From an uncultured Nitrospiraceae bacterium (GTDB lineage: Bacteria; Nitrospirota; Thermodesulfovibrionia; Thermodesulfovibrionales; Dissulfurispiraceae), in contig CAVPIW010000005.1 of assembly GCA_963705105.1 (NCBI GenBank), forward strand, positions 128,001-192,000: a DNA stretch of 64,000 bases, in the 5' to 3' direction. A program made the position numbers and the translations under genes. Under the pieces are notes generated by a model. It ran no database searches. It saw nothing but the letters and a program-made list of their open reading frames with translations, and was not told the DNA's origin. This document shows positions 9,947 to 20,160 of this stretch, piece by piece; positions within the stretch are counted from its first letter, which is position 1, and the number at the start of each line of letters is the position of its first letter.

Positions 9947-10561
9947 CTATTTCCCCCCGCCGGCCTGTGTTGATTTTTCATACAGGCGTTTCACTTCGTT
10001 CAGGCCCTTGACCTTCTCGAATTTGAAATGCATCCGTTTATTCTTCATCATCGCCATGCCGATTTTGGCCTGGCTCTTGAGTTCGTCGATAACGGCCTTC
10101 CAACCGCCGCGCTGCTTCTCGCGCTTGGCATTGTCCATCTCGAAGAGACCCATGAACTCGATCTCGTTCAGCCGGCCGAAATGACCTGCCGACGTGATGA
10201 AGGCATGATGGAAGGAGTAGACTTTCGGGATGAGCGGTTCGAGATGGCCTTTCTTGGACATCTGTTTGAGAGTCTCCGTAATCCGGGCGCTATGGATGTT
10301 GTTCGGGCAGCGGGTGCCGCAGGTGTAACAGGCGACGCACCGCCAGACGAGAAGGTTCTTGAGGGCCTCCTCCCGCTCGCCGAGCAGGATCATCCTGATC
10401 AGACGGTCGGGGGTCACTCCCGATTCATCGCCCACCGGACAGCCAGCGGCGCAGCGACGGCATTGGTAGCAGGAGAGCAGGTTCTGGCCCGACTTCTCCG
10501 CAACCTCGTCCGCGAAGGACTGGGCGATTTCGGGCTCGAATTTCAGGGTTGCTGATGACAT
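9947..10561 (-). CDS. hdrC: Heterodisulfide reductase subunit C-like
   Basis: CYQCRRCAAGCP and CVACYTCGTRCP [4Fe-4S] motifs. Confidence 0.93.
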   Translation of the reverse strand: MSSATLKFEPEIAQSFADEVAEKSGQNLLSCYQCRRCAAGCPVGDESGVTPDRLIRMILLGEREEALKNLLVWRCVACYTCGTRCPNNIHSARITETLKQMSKKGHLEPLIPKVYSFHHAFITSAGHFGRLNEIEFMGLFEMDNAKREKQRGGWKAVIDELKSQAKIGMAMMKNKRMHFKFEKVKGLNEVKRLYEKSTQAGGGK

Positions 10562-10803
10562 ATTGTAACTCCTTGTCTTTTCCTGATTTTTAACCGGTAG
10601 ACCTGCAAATTGTTCGGTCTGTTCATCTCAAGCGGATACAGCTTAACAGTAAGTTTTGTTCAAAGTCAAGCACTTGTTGGTATTATATATCAAACCTTTT
10701 CAATAAGAAAAGCCCCGTTCGGGAACCCGCAGGAAACGGCCTTTCGCGGCCCGGACCGTTCTTGCTCTCTTTTTCCCATTGTGCTAATATAATGTTTTTC
10801 GCC

Positions 10804-12000
10804 ATGGAAGTCCGCAAAATCATAGAGGAAGCCGACCGGTACGTGATGCACACCTATGGCCGTTTTCCCATCGTGCTGAGGAAAGGGCGGGGGATGCGGG
10901 TGTGGGGCGCCGACGGAAAGGAGTATCTCGACTTCGTCGGCGGCATCGCCGTCAACGTGCTCGGCCATTGTCATCCAAAAGTCGTTGTGGCCATTCAGAA
11001 ACAGGCCCAGAGGCTGCTGCACGTTTCGAACCTCTATCACATCGAACCGCAGATAAAGCTGGCGAAACTGCTCGTGAACAACTCCTTCGCCGACAAGGCC
11101 TTTTTCTGCAATTCCGGCGCAGAGGCGAACGAAGCGGCGATCAAGCTCGCCCGCAAGTATGCAAAGGAGCACGCCGGGCCTCATTGCTACGAGATCATCA
11201 CCGCCCTGAACTCCTTCCACGGGCGGACCCTCGCGACGGTGACCGCGACGGGACAGGAGAAGTTCCGCCGCGGCTTCGAACCGCTCATGCCCGGTTTCCG
11301 GTACATGCCGTTCAATGATCTCGGCGCCTTGAAGTCATCAATCACCGAGCACACCTGTGCCGTTATGCTCGAACCGATCCAGGGGGAAGGCGGGGTCAAG
11401 ATCCCGTCCGAGACATATCTCCAAGGCGTCCGGGAGATATGCGACAGCAACGACCTCCTCCTCATTCTCGACGAGGTGCAAACAGGGATGGGAAGGACCG
11501 GCAAGCTCTTCGCCCATGAACTGTTCGGGATCACCCCTGACATCATGACCCTTGCAAAAGGCCTGGGCGGCGGTGTCCCCATCGGCGCCATGGTGGCGAC
11601 GGACAGGGTGGCAGGCGCTTTTCAGCCGGGCAACCACGCCTCGACCTTCGGCGGCAATCCGCTCGTCTGCGCTGCAGCGATCGCGACAATCGAGACGATC
11701 CTCGAGGACGGTTTCGTTCTCGACAACTGCGTCCGGATGGGCACACATTTCCTCTCGAAGCTGCAGCAGCTTAGAAATGACTACCCCGATTCGATCATAG
11801 ATGTGCGCGGAAAGGGTCTCATCGTTGCGATTGAACTCACCTTTGACGGGGCGTCCGTCGTGAAGTCCTGCCTTGAACGGGGCATACTGATCAACTGCAC
11901 CGCCGGCAATGTCCTGAGATTCACCCCGCCGCTGATCGTCCAGGAGCGGGACATCGACCGTCTCATAGACGTCATAGAGGAGGTTTTGTCGAGAAAGTGA
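10804..12000 (+). CDS. argD: Acetylornithine aminotransferase
   Basis: NSGAEANE, FHGRT, DEVQTG, LAKGLGGG, HASTFGGNP; ATG 10804 preferred over TTG 10762. Confidence 0.95.
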   Translation: MEVRKIIEEADRYVMHTYGRFPIVLRKGRGMRVWGADGKEYLDFVGGIAVNVLGHCHPKVVVAIQKQAQRLLHVSNLYHIEPQIKLAKLLVNNSFADKAFFCNSGAEANEAAIKLARKYAKEHAGPHCYEIITALNSFHGRTLATVTATGQEKFRRGFEPLMPGFRYMPFNDLGALKSSITEHTCAVMLEPIQGEGGVKIPSETYLQGVREICDSNDLLLILDEVQTGMGRTGKLFAHELFGITPDIMTLAKGLGGGVPIGAMVATDRVAGAFQPGNHASTFGGNPLVCAAAIATIETILEDGFVLDNCVRMGTHFLSKLQQLRNDYPDSIIDVRGKGLIVAIELTFDGASVVKSCLERGILINCTAGNVLRFTPPLIVQERDIDRLIDVIEEVLSRK

Positions 12001-12909
12001 ACAAAAGAGATCTTCTGACCCTCTGGGATTTTTCGACCCCTGAAATCACCGCCCTGCTCAAGCGGGCGCTGGAGCTCAAGGCCGGTGCTGATGCGCAGAA
12101 GTGCCCGCTCATCGGCAAGAGCATCGGTCTGTACTTCGAGAAGCCCTCGACGAGAACCCGCGTCTCCTTCGAGGTCGGCATTTATCAACTTGGGGGGCAG
12201 TCCATCTATCTGACGCCGCAGGAACTGCAGTTGTCCCGGGGTGAGACGATTGCGGACACGGCACGCGTCCTTTCCCGTTATCTCCACGGCTTTGTGTTCA
12301 GGACATTCTCCCATGACCTCCAGGCCGAATTTGCCTCCCATGCGAGCGATACCGGTCATCAACGGCCTCTCGGACCTTCACCATCCCTGCCAGGCCCTTG
12401 CAGACCTCATGACGATCCTCGAGAAGAAGGGGAGACTCGAGGACGTGCGCATCGCCTATATCGGTGACGGCAACAATGTGGCCAACTCCCTCATCGAAGC
12501 CGCCGTCAGAACAGGCATGCAGATCATCGTCGCCTGCCCCGAGGGGTATGAGCCGAACCCGGACGTCCTCGACCGCGCCCGTGAAGGAGGGACGGCCGGA
12601 CAGGTGCTGATCCTGAGGAACGTCAGAGAGGCCGTGAGCCGTGCCGACGTCATCTATACCGACGTTTGGGTCAGCATGGGCCAGAAAGAGGACGGGCAGA
12701 AGAAGAAAAAGAAATTCGCGCCCTATCAGGTCAACGGCGAGCTCCTGCAATGCGCAGAAAAGGACGTCATCGTCCTCCATTGCCTGCCCGCCCACAGAGG
12801 CGAGGAGATCACCGACGAGGTCATGGACGGCGGGCACAGCGCCGTCTTCGACCAGGCAGAAAACAGGCTCCACACAGAAAAGGCCCTGCTCGAATACCTC
12901 ATTTCATAG
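11997..12909 (+). pseudogene. argF: Ornithine carbamoyltransferase with a +1 frameshift near 12345-12348 (pseudogene or assembly error)
   Basis: STRT in one frame, IPVINGL...HPCQ...HCLP in the next; removing one base restores the ORF. Confidence 0.9.
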
Positions 12910-12920
12910 GAGAATTTGTC

Positions 12921-13244
12921 ATGCGTGATTACCCGGCAAGACTCCTTCTGCTATCGGGAGCTGTTGCCCTGCTCCTTGCCGTTTTGTCCTCCTGCAGCGA
13001 TTCGGGCTCCATCGACGGCGCTGAAGTCTTCAAGCGAGAGGGGTGCATCACCTGCCACACCTTCAAAGGACAGGGAGGCGTCGTCGGTCCCGACCTGACA
13101 TATGTCACAAAGAACCACAGTGACGGGTGGATCAAAGACCAGATCAGGAATTCAAAGGCGAACAACCCGGATTCAAGGATGCCCGAGTACAAGCATCTCT
13201 CGGGCGGAGAGGTCAACGCTATCGTTCGCTATCTGAAATCGTAG
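12921..13244 (+). CDS. Monoheme cytochrome c, probable lipoprotein
   Basis: Signal peptide with LSSC lipobox, CITCH heme motif, GPDLT, distal Met in SRMP; AGGAG RBS. Confidence 0.85.
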   Translation: MRDYPARLLLLSGAVALLLAVLSSCSDSGSIDGAEVFKREGCITCHTFKGQGGVVGPDLTYVTKNHSDGWIKDQIRNSKANNPDSRMPEYKHLSGGEVNAIVRYLKS

Positions 13245-13276
13245 GCGATCGGCCCCATCTTTGCATAGGCCATCCA

Positions 13277-13458
13277 GTTGCGTCAGGATCTCCGGAAAGG
13301 CGGGGCGTCTGCGCCGACAAGCCTCGGTGGTGCGAAACCTTTGCCTTTCCATGAAGACCATTTCAGGCTGACGTCTGAAAGAAGTGAACCTTTTGCCGAC
13401 ACTCACACTGTCACTGACACTGCTTTTAGAGCGCTCCACCCCGCCTTTTCACGGCAAG
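13277..13458 (+). repeat. Fold-back repeat family A, copy 1
   Basis: Left arm gttgcg..gaaaggcggggcg, internal acactcacactgtcactgacactg, right arm ccccgccttttc. Confidence 0.85.
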
Positions 13459-13577
13459 GGGGGGCAGACCTTGTCCGCTTCCTTGCGGGATCTGTCTTTT
13501 CCTTGACTTGAACCCCTTTTTTCATATTAAGATAGAAAGCTTTTTTATTCATTCTCTTTCCCCTTTCCGGAGGACAC

Positions 13578-14045
13578 ATGCGGATCGCCATCGGTTCCGA
13601 CCATGCCGGCGTTGATATGAAGAAGGACGTCATCGCACTGTTGCGCAACCTCGGACATGACGTCGCCGACTACGGTACGGAGACGCCGCAGTCCGTCGAT
13701 TATCCGGATTTCGGGGAAAAGGTGTCCCTCGCCGTCTCGGCGGGGGAGTTCGACAGGGGCGTTCTCATCTGCGGCACCGGCATCGGGATGTCCATCGTGG
13801 CAAACAAATTCCCGAACATCCGCGCCTCCCTCTGCAACGAGCTCTTCTCGGCAAGGATGAGCAGGCTCCACAATGACGCGAACATCCTCGTCCTGGGGGG
13901 GCGCATCATCGGCAGGGACCTGGCGGCGGAGATCGTTCGGGTCTGGATGACCACACCCTTTGAGGGCGGCAGGCATGCGAACAGACTCAGGAAAATTTGC
14001 CTCATTGAGGAAAAGACAAAACTGAACGAAAGGACGTCTCTATAA
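13578..14045 (+). CDS. rpiB: Ribose-5-phosphate isomerase B
   Basis: GSDHAG, ICGTGIG, HNDAN, FEGGRH. Confidence 0.96.
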   Translation: MRIAIGSDHAGVDMKKDVIALLRNLGHDVADYGTETPQSVDYPDFGEKVSLAVSAGEFDRGVLICGTGIGMSIVANKFPNIRASLCNELFSARMSRLHNDANILVLGGRIIGRDLAAEIVRVWMTTPFEGGRHANRLRKICLIEEKTKLNERTSL

Positions 14046-14073
14046 CGGCTTATAGAGCGAACGGCGGTCGACC

Positions 14074-15315
14074 ATGATGCTGAACAGCCTGAAGCAAACG
14101 GACCCGGACGTATACGACGCGATCGGCAATGAATTGCGTCGCGAAGAGGAGAAGATCCTCCTCATCGCATCAGAGAACTACGTGAGCCGTGCCGTTCTTG
14201 AGGCGCAGGGGTCCGTTTTTACGAATAAATACGCTGAAGGGTATCCGAACAAGCGCTATTACGGTGGTTGCGAGTTCGCCGACGTCGTCGAGGACCTTGC
14301 CATCAGGAGGGCCAAGGAAATCTTCGGCGCCGAGCACGTGAACGTTCAGCCCCATTCGGGGAGCCAGGCCAATATGGCGGTCTACTTTTCCTGCCTGAAA
14401 CCGGGTGACACCATCCTCGGCATGTCGCTCAGCCACGGTGGTCACCTGTCTCACGGCGCCAAGGTCAATTTCACCGGCACGCTTTACAACCCCGTCTTTT
14501 ATGGTGTCAACAGGGAGACGGGATATATCGATCTCAACGAGGTGAGAGACGTCGCAAAGACGCACAGGCCGAAGATGATCATCGTCGGTGCGAGCGCCTA
14601 TTCGAGAATCATCGACTTCAAGTCTTTCTCCGACATAGCGAAGGAAGTCGACGCCTATCTTTTGGCTGACATCGCCCACATCGCCGGCCTTGTCGCGGCG
14701 GGTATACATCCCTCTCCCTTTCCCCACGCCGATTTCGTGACCACAACGACCCATAAGACCCTTCGCGGTCCCCGCGGAGGCATTGTCATGTGCAAGGCGG
14801 CATTTGCCAGGGCCGTGGACAAGGCTGTCTTTCCGGGCATCCAGGGAGGTCCCCTCGTCCATGTCATCGCCGCCAAAGCCGTGGCCCTCAAGGAGGTCCT
14901 GACAGAGGAATTCAGGCGCTACCAGGCCAGAGTCGTGGCGAACGCCCGCAGGCTCTCCCAGGGGCTCCTCGGGCGGGGATTCCGGATCATATCGGGCGGG
15001 ACGGACAACCATCTGTTCCTCGTCGATCTGCAGAGCAAGAACATCACCGGCAAAGAGGCGGAAGAGTCCCTTGACAGGGCCGGCATCACGGTGAACAAGA
15101 ACTCCATCCCCTATGACCCCAATCCGCCGACGGTGACGAGCGGTATCAGGCTCGGCACGCCCAGCGTCACGACGAGGGGGATGGGTGAGTCTGAAATGGA
15201 CGATATCGTCGACATCATCACGTCGATCATCGAAAACAAGAAGGATGAACGGGGAATTGCAGAGATGAACGACCGTGTCAGGTCGCTCTGCGGCAAGTTT
15301 CCGATGTACGGCTGA
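14074..15315 (+). CDS. glyA: Serine hydroxymethyltransferase
   Basis: [28 protein letters not shown]. Confidence 0.97.
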   Translation: MMLNSLKQTDPDVYDAIGNELRREEEKILLIASENYVSRAVLEAQGSVFTNKYAEGYPNKRYYGGCEFADVVEDLAIRRAKEIFGAEHVNVQPHSGSQANMAVYFSCLKPGDTILGMSLSHGGHLSHGAKVNFTGTLYNPVFYGVNRETGYIDLNEVRDVAKTHRPKMIIVGASAYSRIIDFKSFSDIAKEVDAYLLADIAHIAGLVAAGIHPSPFPHADFVTTTTHKTLRGPRGGIVMCKAAFARAVDKAVFPGIQGGPLVHVIAAKAVALKEVLTEEFRRYQARVVANARRLSQGLLGRGFRIISGGTDNHLFLVDLQSKNITGKEAEESLDRAGITVNKNSIPYDPNPPTVTSGIRLGTPSVTTRGMGESEMDDIVDIITSIIENKKDERGIAEMNDRVRSLCGKFPMYG

Positions 15316-15773
15316 TGAAGTGTCCGTTCTGCGGGGCCGTCAAGGATAAAGTCATCGACTCCCGGGCCGGCAAGGAGGGCGACGTCATCAGGAGACGACG
15401 GTCCTGCCTCCAGTGCGGTCAGCGGTTCACCTCCTATGAGCGGGTCGAAGACCCGATGCCCCTTGTGGTCAAGAAAGACGGGAACAGGGAGTTCTTCGAC
15501 AGGCACAAGATCCTGACGGGACTGAAGAAGGCCTGCGAAAAGAGACCCGTCTCGATGTCGAAACTCGAAGAAATCGAAAGCGGCATCGAAAAGAAGCTCG
15601 TCAACCTCGGGGTAAAGGAGATCGACAGCTCCTGGATCGGCGAGGAGATCATGGCTGCGCTCAAGGACCTCGACAAGGTGGCCTATGTGCGGTTCGCCTC
15701 TGTGTACCGGCAGTTCAAGGACATCAACGATTTCATGGAAGAGGTGAAGACCCTCTTCGACGACGCGAAGTGA
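15315..15773 (+). CDS. nrdR: Transcriptional repressor NrdR
   Basis: CPFC Zn ribbon, RRRRSC, ATP cone, AYVRFASVYR. Confidence 0.97.
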   Translation: MKCPFCGAVKDKVIDSRAGKEGDVIRRRRSCLQCGQRFTSYERVEDPMPLVVKKDGNREFFDRHKILTGLKKACEKRPVSMSKLEEIESGIEKKLVNLGVKEIDSSWIGEEIMAALKDLDKVAYVRFASVYRQFKDINDFMEEVKTLFDDAK

Positions 15774-15834
15774 CGGTCTGACTTGAAATCTTTTGACCGT
15801 TTGTTTTTAAATAGAAGTTGTTGTTTTTTCCTGT

Positions 15835-15908
15835 TGGGGAGTCGTCCAATGGCAGGACGGCAGACTCTGGATCTGCTTATAGGGGTTCGAATCCTCTCTC
15901 CCCAGCCA
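15835..15908 (+). tRNA. tRNA-Gln(CTG)
   Basis: Cloverleaf, anticodon arm gcaga-ctCTGga-tctgc, GTTCGAATC, CCA end. Confidence 0.95.
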
Positions 15909-15929
15909 TTCGAGCAAGTCGCCGTTGAC

Positions 15930-16005
15930 GGTCCCATCGTCTAGAGGCCCAGGACGTAGCCCTCTCAAGGCTAAAACACGGGTTCGAATCCCGTTGGGAC
16001 TACCA
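15930..16005 (+). tRNA. tRNA-Glu(CTC)
   Basis: Cloverleaf, anticodon arm tagcc-ctCTCaa-ggcta, GTTCGAATC, CCA end. Confidence 0.95.
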
Positions 16006-16239
16006 AATTATCTATTAATTACAATATTTTATAAGATCAGAGATTTCCCCTGTCCACTGCTGTAACCAAAATGTAACCCAAGAGGCCAAGTAACAACTAT
16101 GACGGACTCGTAAAAAGTCGTCATACCCGCGAAGGCGGGTAGCCAGACATTACACCCGCGGTTTTGCTATTCTTGATCAATTGCGGTCATATTTCCCGCA
16201 TGCCGAATCCCTTCTGATGGATCGCGATGATGCATGACA

Positions 16240-16268
16240 TTGACAATACTGTAAATATACAATACACT
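16240..16268 (+). promoter_or_regulatory. Sigma70-type promoter of the AAA+ ATPase gene
   Basis: TTGACA-N17-TACACT. Confidence 0.6.
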
Positions 16269-16276
16269 TTTACATC

Positions 16277-17434
16277 ATGATAGAGAGATTGCTCAGTCTG
16301 CCTAAAGATAGATCCTTTTTCCTCTTTGGGCCGCGACAGACAGGCAAGACCACGCTGATAAACAAACTCTTTCAGGAGAAAGTATATAAGATCAATCTCC
16401 TGCTCTCCGATCAGTTCCTGAAGTATTCAAAAGACCCATCGCTGTTTCGAAAAGAAGTCCTTAATAAGGAGGACTCTATTACCCATGTGTTCATTGATGA
16501 GATACAGCGGGTCCCGGAACTGCTGAACGAAGTGCAGTATCTCATCGATACGACGTCGCTCCATTTTATTCTGTCCGGCTCAAGCGCACGAAAGCTGAAG
16601 CGGGGGTATGCAAACCTTTTGGGAGGAAGGGCTGTGCAGAGGTTCCTCCATCCCTTTCTGTGGCGGGAGGTTGCAGAGATGGCAACTCTCATGCATTTAC
16701 TGAGGTTCGGATCTCTCCCCCCGGTCTTCCTTGCAGAGACCGAGGCAGATAAAATCGACCTGCTCAGGTCATATGTTGATACCTATCTTCGTGAGGAGAT
16801 TCAGGCAGAGGGGATAGTCCGCCGGATAGGATCCTTTTCGCGGTTTCTAGATATGGCTGCAAGCCAGTTTGGCGAGATCGTCAACTATTCCTCTGTTGCC
16901 CGCGAGTGTCACCAGGCTGTAATGACGGTAAAATCCTATTATGAAATACTGACTGATACGCTCATAGGGTTTCTTCTTGAGCCGTGGAGAAAAAGCGTAA
17001 GAAAACGGCTTTCCGGACATCCCAAGTTCTATTATTTCGACAATGGTGTTACGAATATGATCAACCGGTATGACAGTGAGATTTCAGACCCCTATCTGCT
17101 GGGGAGGCTTTTCGAACAGCTTATCGTTGTCGAGACGCTCAAATGGATCAGACAATCGCAGAAAATGGCAAGCCTCTATTACTGGCGGACCAATGCAGGG
17201 GCAGAGGTGGATCTTCTTACAGAACATGCCGGAACACTGACCGGCGCATATGAAATCAAATGGTCCCGCACAATTGACACGGCACATCTTTCAGGACTGA
17301 AGTCTTTCCAGACAGACTATCCCGATGTGCCATGTCATGTTATCTGCAATGTGGATGAGCCGTACAGGCTCGGGAATATCCAGGTGATGAACTGGAAACA
17401 GTTCCTTCAGAGTCTGCCCGAGAGAATAAAATGA
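16277..17434 (+). CDS. AAA+ ATPase (AAA_14 + DUF4143 type)
   Basis: GPRQTGKT, FIDEIQ, LSGSS, KFYYFDNG, YYWRT...EVD; lower GC than flanks. Confidence 0.88.
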   Translation: MIERLLSLPKDRSFFLFGPRQTGKTTLINKLFQEKVYKINLLLSDQFLKYSKDPSLFRKEVLNKEDSITHVFIDEIQRVPELLNEVQYLIDTTSLHFILSGSSARKLKRGYANLLGGRAVQRFLHPFLWREVAEMATLMHLLRFGSLPPVFLAETEADKIDLLRSYVDTYLREEIQAEGIVRRIGSFSRFLDMAASQFGEIVNYSSVARECHQAVMTVKSYYEILTDTLIGFLLEPWRKSVRKRLSGHPKFYYFDNGVTNMINRYDSEISDPYLLGRLFEQLIVVETLKWIRQSQKMASLYYWRTNAGAEVDLLTEHAGTLTGAYEIKWSRTIDTAHLSGLKSFQTDYPDVPCHVICNVDEPYRLGNIQVMNWKQFLQSLPERIK

Positions 17435-17541
17435 GGGTCGAGAAAGTGACACGCCGGCAGAAAGATCAGACTGGCATTGACAACTTTCTCGTCAGATAAC
17501 ATGATATTTAACGCCAGTATCGTCATATTTCGGGGCACGAC

Positions 17542-18260
17542 ATGGAATATATTGAGCGGCAGATTGATCTGAAGACCCTTTTGGAGAAGAAATCCTATTT
17601 TCTCCTCGGGCCGAGGCAGACGGGAAAGACCTCCCTCATCCGCCATGCCCTGCCAGACGCGCGTTATTATGATCTGCCCGACACATCCCTGTTTCTCACG
17701 CTCAGTCAGAATCCCGGCCGCATCGCACAGGAACTGACGAAGGCCGACAGGATCGTCTTCATCGACGAGATACAGCGGCTGCCGATGCTCCTCAACGAAG
17801 TCCACCGCCTTATTGAACAACAGAACCTTCGCTTCCTGCTCACCGGGTCGAGCGCGCGGAAGCTCCGGGCAAGGCGGCGTCAACCTGCTGGGAGGACGTG
17901 CGCAGGTACGGCATCTGCACCCTCTGACCTGTCGTGAGCTTGGTGAGTAGTTCGGCCTTCACAAGGTCATGGCTCGCGGGCTTTTGCCGTCAATTTACTT
18001 TTCCGAAGACCCGCGCGAAGATCTCCGGCCTCTATCTGCAACAGGAGATTGTTGCCGAGGGGGTGACGAGAAATGTACCTGCCTTCAGCCGCTTTCTGCG
18101 GACGGCGGCATTATGCAATGCGACGGTCGTCAACTTCACAAAGGTGGCGAGTGACGCCCAGGTCCCCCGGACAACGGTGTATGAATACTTTGACGTCCTG
18201 AAAGACACGCTTATACTCCATGAACTGCCGGCGTGGAAAACCCTGTCTTCCGCCGTGAAA
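17542..18260 (+). pseudogene. Degraded paralog of the AAA+/DUF4143 ATPase
   Basis: GPRQTGKT, FIDEIQ; frameshift near 17869, in-frame TAG near 17948, short deletion near 18025, 3' end replaced by repeat. Confidence 0.85.
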
Positions 18261-18524
18261 GGACTGGATTCCCGTCTGCACGAGAATGACGGACAAGCCC
18301 TTTACAGGACTTTTTACGAGGCTGTCAACCTTGCAAATTGAAAGGGCATGTTTTAATGTTCAATAATGAATGTGAAGCGCGTCATTGAATGCCCTCGGGG
18401 ACATCCGCTACAAAAAGGGGTTCGTCGTTTATCGCGGCGAGGAGTCCTATCCCTTTGGCAAGGGCGTGATCACCGTCCCGGTCGGCAATCTCTCGGTTAT
18501 CTGGGAGTGACGGTGGACAGACGT

Positions 18525-18872
18525 CTATTGATCGCTTGGAGCCGAATCCCGTTTCTTGCGCGCATGCCGTCGAAACCAGTCGACGAGGCCGTTGAAAGCT
18601 CTTTTTCCTGTAGCCGCCTCTAATGCGAATCTCTCCAACTCCGTTTGTGTGGTTTCCAGTTTGTACCCGTTCATTTCGAGGAAAATCGCCGCTGATGTAA
18701 CAGCGGTCCGTTTGTTTCCGTCAACAAAGGGATGATTCCTGACAAGAGATTCCATGAGTGCGGCAGCCTTGTCATGAATGTCCGGATAGAGATCTTTGCC
18801 CTCGAATGTGGCCCTCGGCCTGGCGACTGCGGATTGAAGAAGACCGACATCACGAACGCCGTGAGCCCCGCC
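18525..18872 (-). pseudogene. doc: Doc/Fic-family toxin lacking its N-terminus
   Basis: GGAHGVRDVGLLQSAVARP...HPFVDGNKRTA; in-frame TGA and repeat A arm immediately upstream. Confidence 0.8.
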
Positions 18873-18895
18873 TTTTCATGCAACCACAGGGTATA
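18865..18895 (+). repeat. Fold-back repeat family A, copy 2 (right arm only)
   Basis: gccccgccttttcatgcaac. Confidence 0.75.
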
Positions 18896-18901
18896 GTTTT
18901 T

Positions 18902-20143
18902 TTAGACTGACGGATTGACCGTCAGGATCCTGCTAACAATGTCCGGATAGCGCGCGATCAGCCTGAGCTCGTCGTCGGTCAACGGCTTCTGAAGGTGCAT
19001 GTTCGCATGCTGGACAAGGTTCAGCACGGACCTGGCCTCACTGTCGTTGCGAAAACGGATGCCGAGCTTGTCATAGACGTGCCTGAAGCCCTTGATCCCC
19101 CCGTATTCACCGGTCGTGATGACACGGCCCGTTTCGATCATATCCGGCTCTCCCCTGCCGACTTCCGCAGGCTCGTATAATTCGTAGCTCCTCCATTCCT
19201 TGAGAGCGCCGTCCACATGGATACCTGACTCATGGGCAAAGGCGTTGGCGCCCACACCGGGCTGGTTGACCGGCAGCGGCAGACCGAAGGCATATGACGC
19301 ATACCTGGCCGTCTTCCACGCCTTTGTCAGGTCCACATGGTCGTCGCAACTCATTTTCGCTGCAAGACTTGGGGAAAACTTCAATGCCAGCATGGCGGAG
19401 ACGAGATCGCAGTTTCCGCAGCGCTCGCCGTACCCGTTGATCGTCGTGTTGATGGCGCAGTCGACACCTGACTCGACCGCTCCCTGAGCGCCCGCGATCG
19501 ACAGGGCTACCGCCATGCCGAGGTCGTTGTGACAGTGCATCTCGGCGGGAAGCCCCGTCGCCGCGCAGAGCTCCTTTATCCGGTCGTGGACCGTCAGGGG
19601 TTCTTCTGTGCCGATAGTGTCACAGTACCTTATGCGGTCGGCACCGGCCTCTTTCCCCGCTAAAGCGAATTCGATTAGCCGTCCCATGTCCGTGCGTGAT
19701 GCGTCCTCCGCATTGATCCCGACGGTCCCGGCCCCGAGGCGGCGCGCCAGGGCGACGGCATCGGTCATGGATTTCACGATCTCATCCCACCGCTTTTTTC
19801 CCCTGAACTTCCCCGCAATCATGATGTCCGATGTCGACACCGAGAGGTTCAGGTGCCTGATGCCGGGACAGTTCCCGAACGTCGTCTCTATGTCTTCGAC
19901 GATGCCCCTGCACCACCCCCCGAGCCGTATTCTTCTGAAGGCCCCCGCCTTTTCGAGTTCAAGGTTCGCGTTTATATAGTTCACCTCATGACGGAGGGTC
20001 GGGAACCCGATCTCGCTCTGGAAGACGCCCATCTCGTCGAGATAGAGGTTTATCATCGTTTTCGCGAGCTTCGGCAGCAGGATGCGCGAGGCCTGGACCC
20101 CGTCCCGGTTCGTCACGTCGATGAAATGCACCGGAATACTCAT
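18902..20143 (-). CDS. nifV: Homocitrate synthase (DRE-TIM metallolyase)
   Basis: DVTNRDGVQ, HCHNDLG, GYGERCGN, HESGIH; last gene of nif cluster; GAGG RBS. Confidence 0.85.
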   Translation of the reverse strand: MSIPVHFIDVTNRDGVQASRILLPKLAKTMINLYLDEMGVFQSEIGFPTLRHEVNYINANLELEKAGAFRRIRLGGWCRGIVEDIETTFGNCPGIRHLNLSVSTSDIMIAGKFRGKKRWDEIVKSMTDAVALARRLGAGTVGINAEDASRTDMGRLIEFALAGKEAGADRIRYCDTIGTEEPLTVHDRIKELCAATGLPAEMHCHNDLGMAVALSIAGAQGAVESGVDCAINTTINGYGERCGNCDLVSAMLALKFSPSLAAKMSCDDHVDLTKAWKTARYASYAFGLPLPVNQPGVGANAFAHESGIHVDGALKEWRSYELYEPAEVGRGEPDMIETGRVITTGEYGGIKGFRHVYDKLGIRFRNDSEARSVLNLVQHANMHLQKPLTDDELRLIARYPDIVSRILTVNPSV

Positions 20144-20160
20144 GGTTTCCTCAGAGCGAG

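Larger units (their letters stand above)
16100..18327. mobile_element. MITE-like element (family B) with about 2.1 kb cargo between 20-bp inverted repeats
   Basis: tgacggactcgtaaaaagtc (16100) and gactttttacgaggctgtca (18308) match 18/20 inverted; each has an adjacent REP half; empty relative at 46311. Confidence 0.6.
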
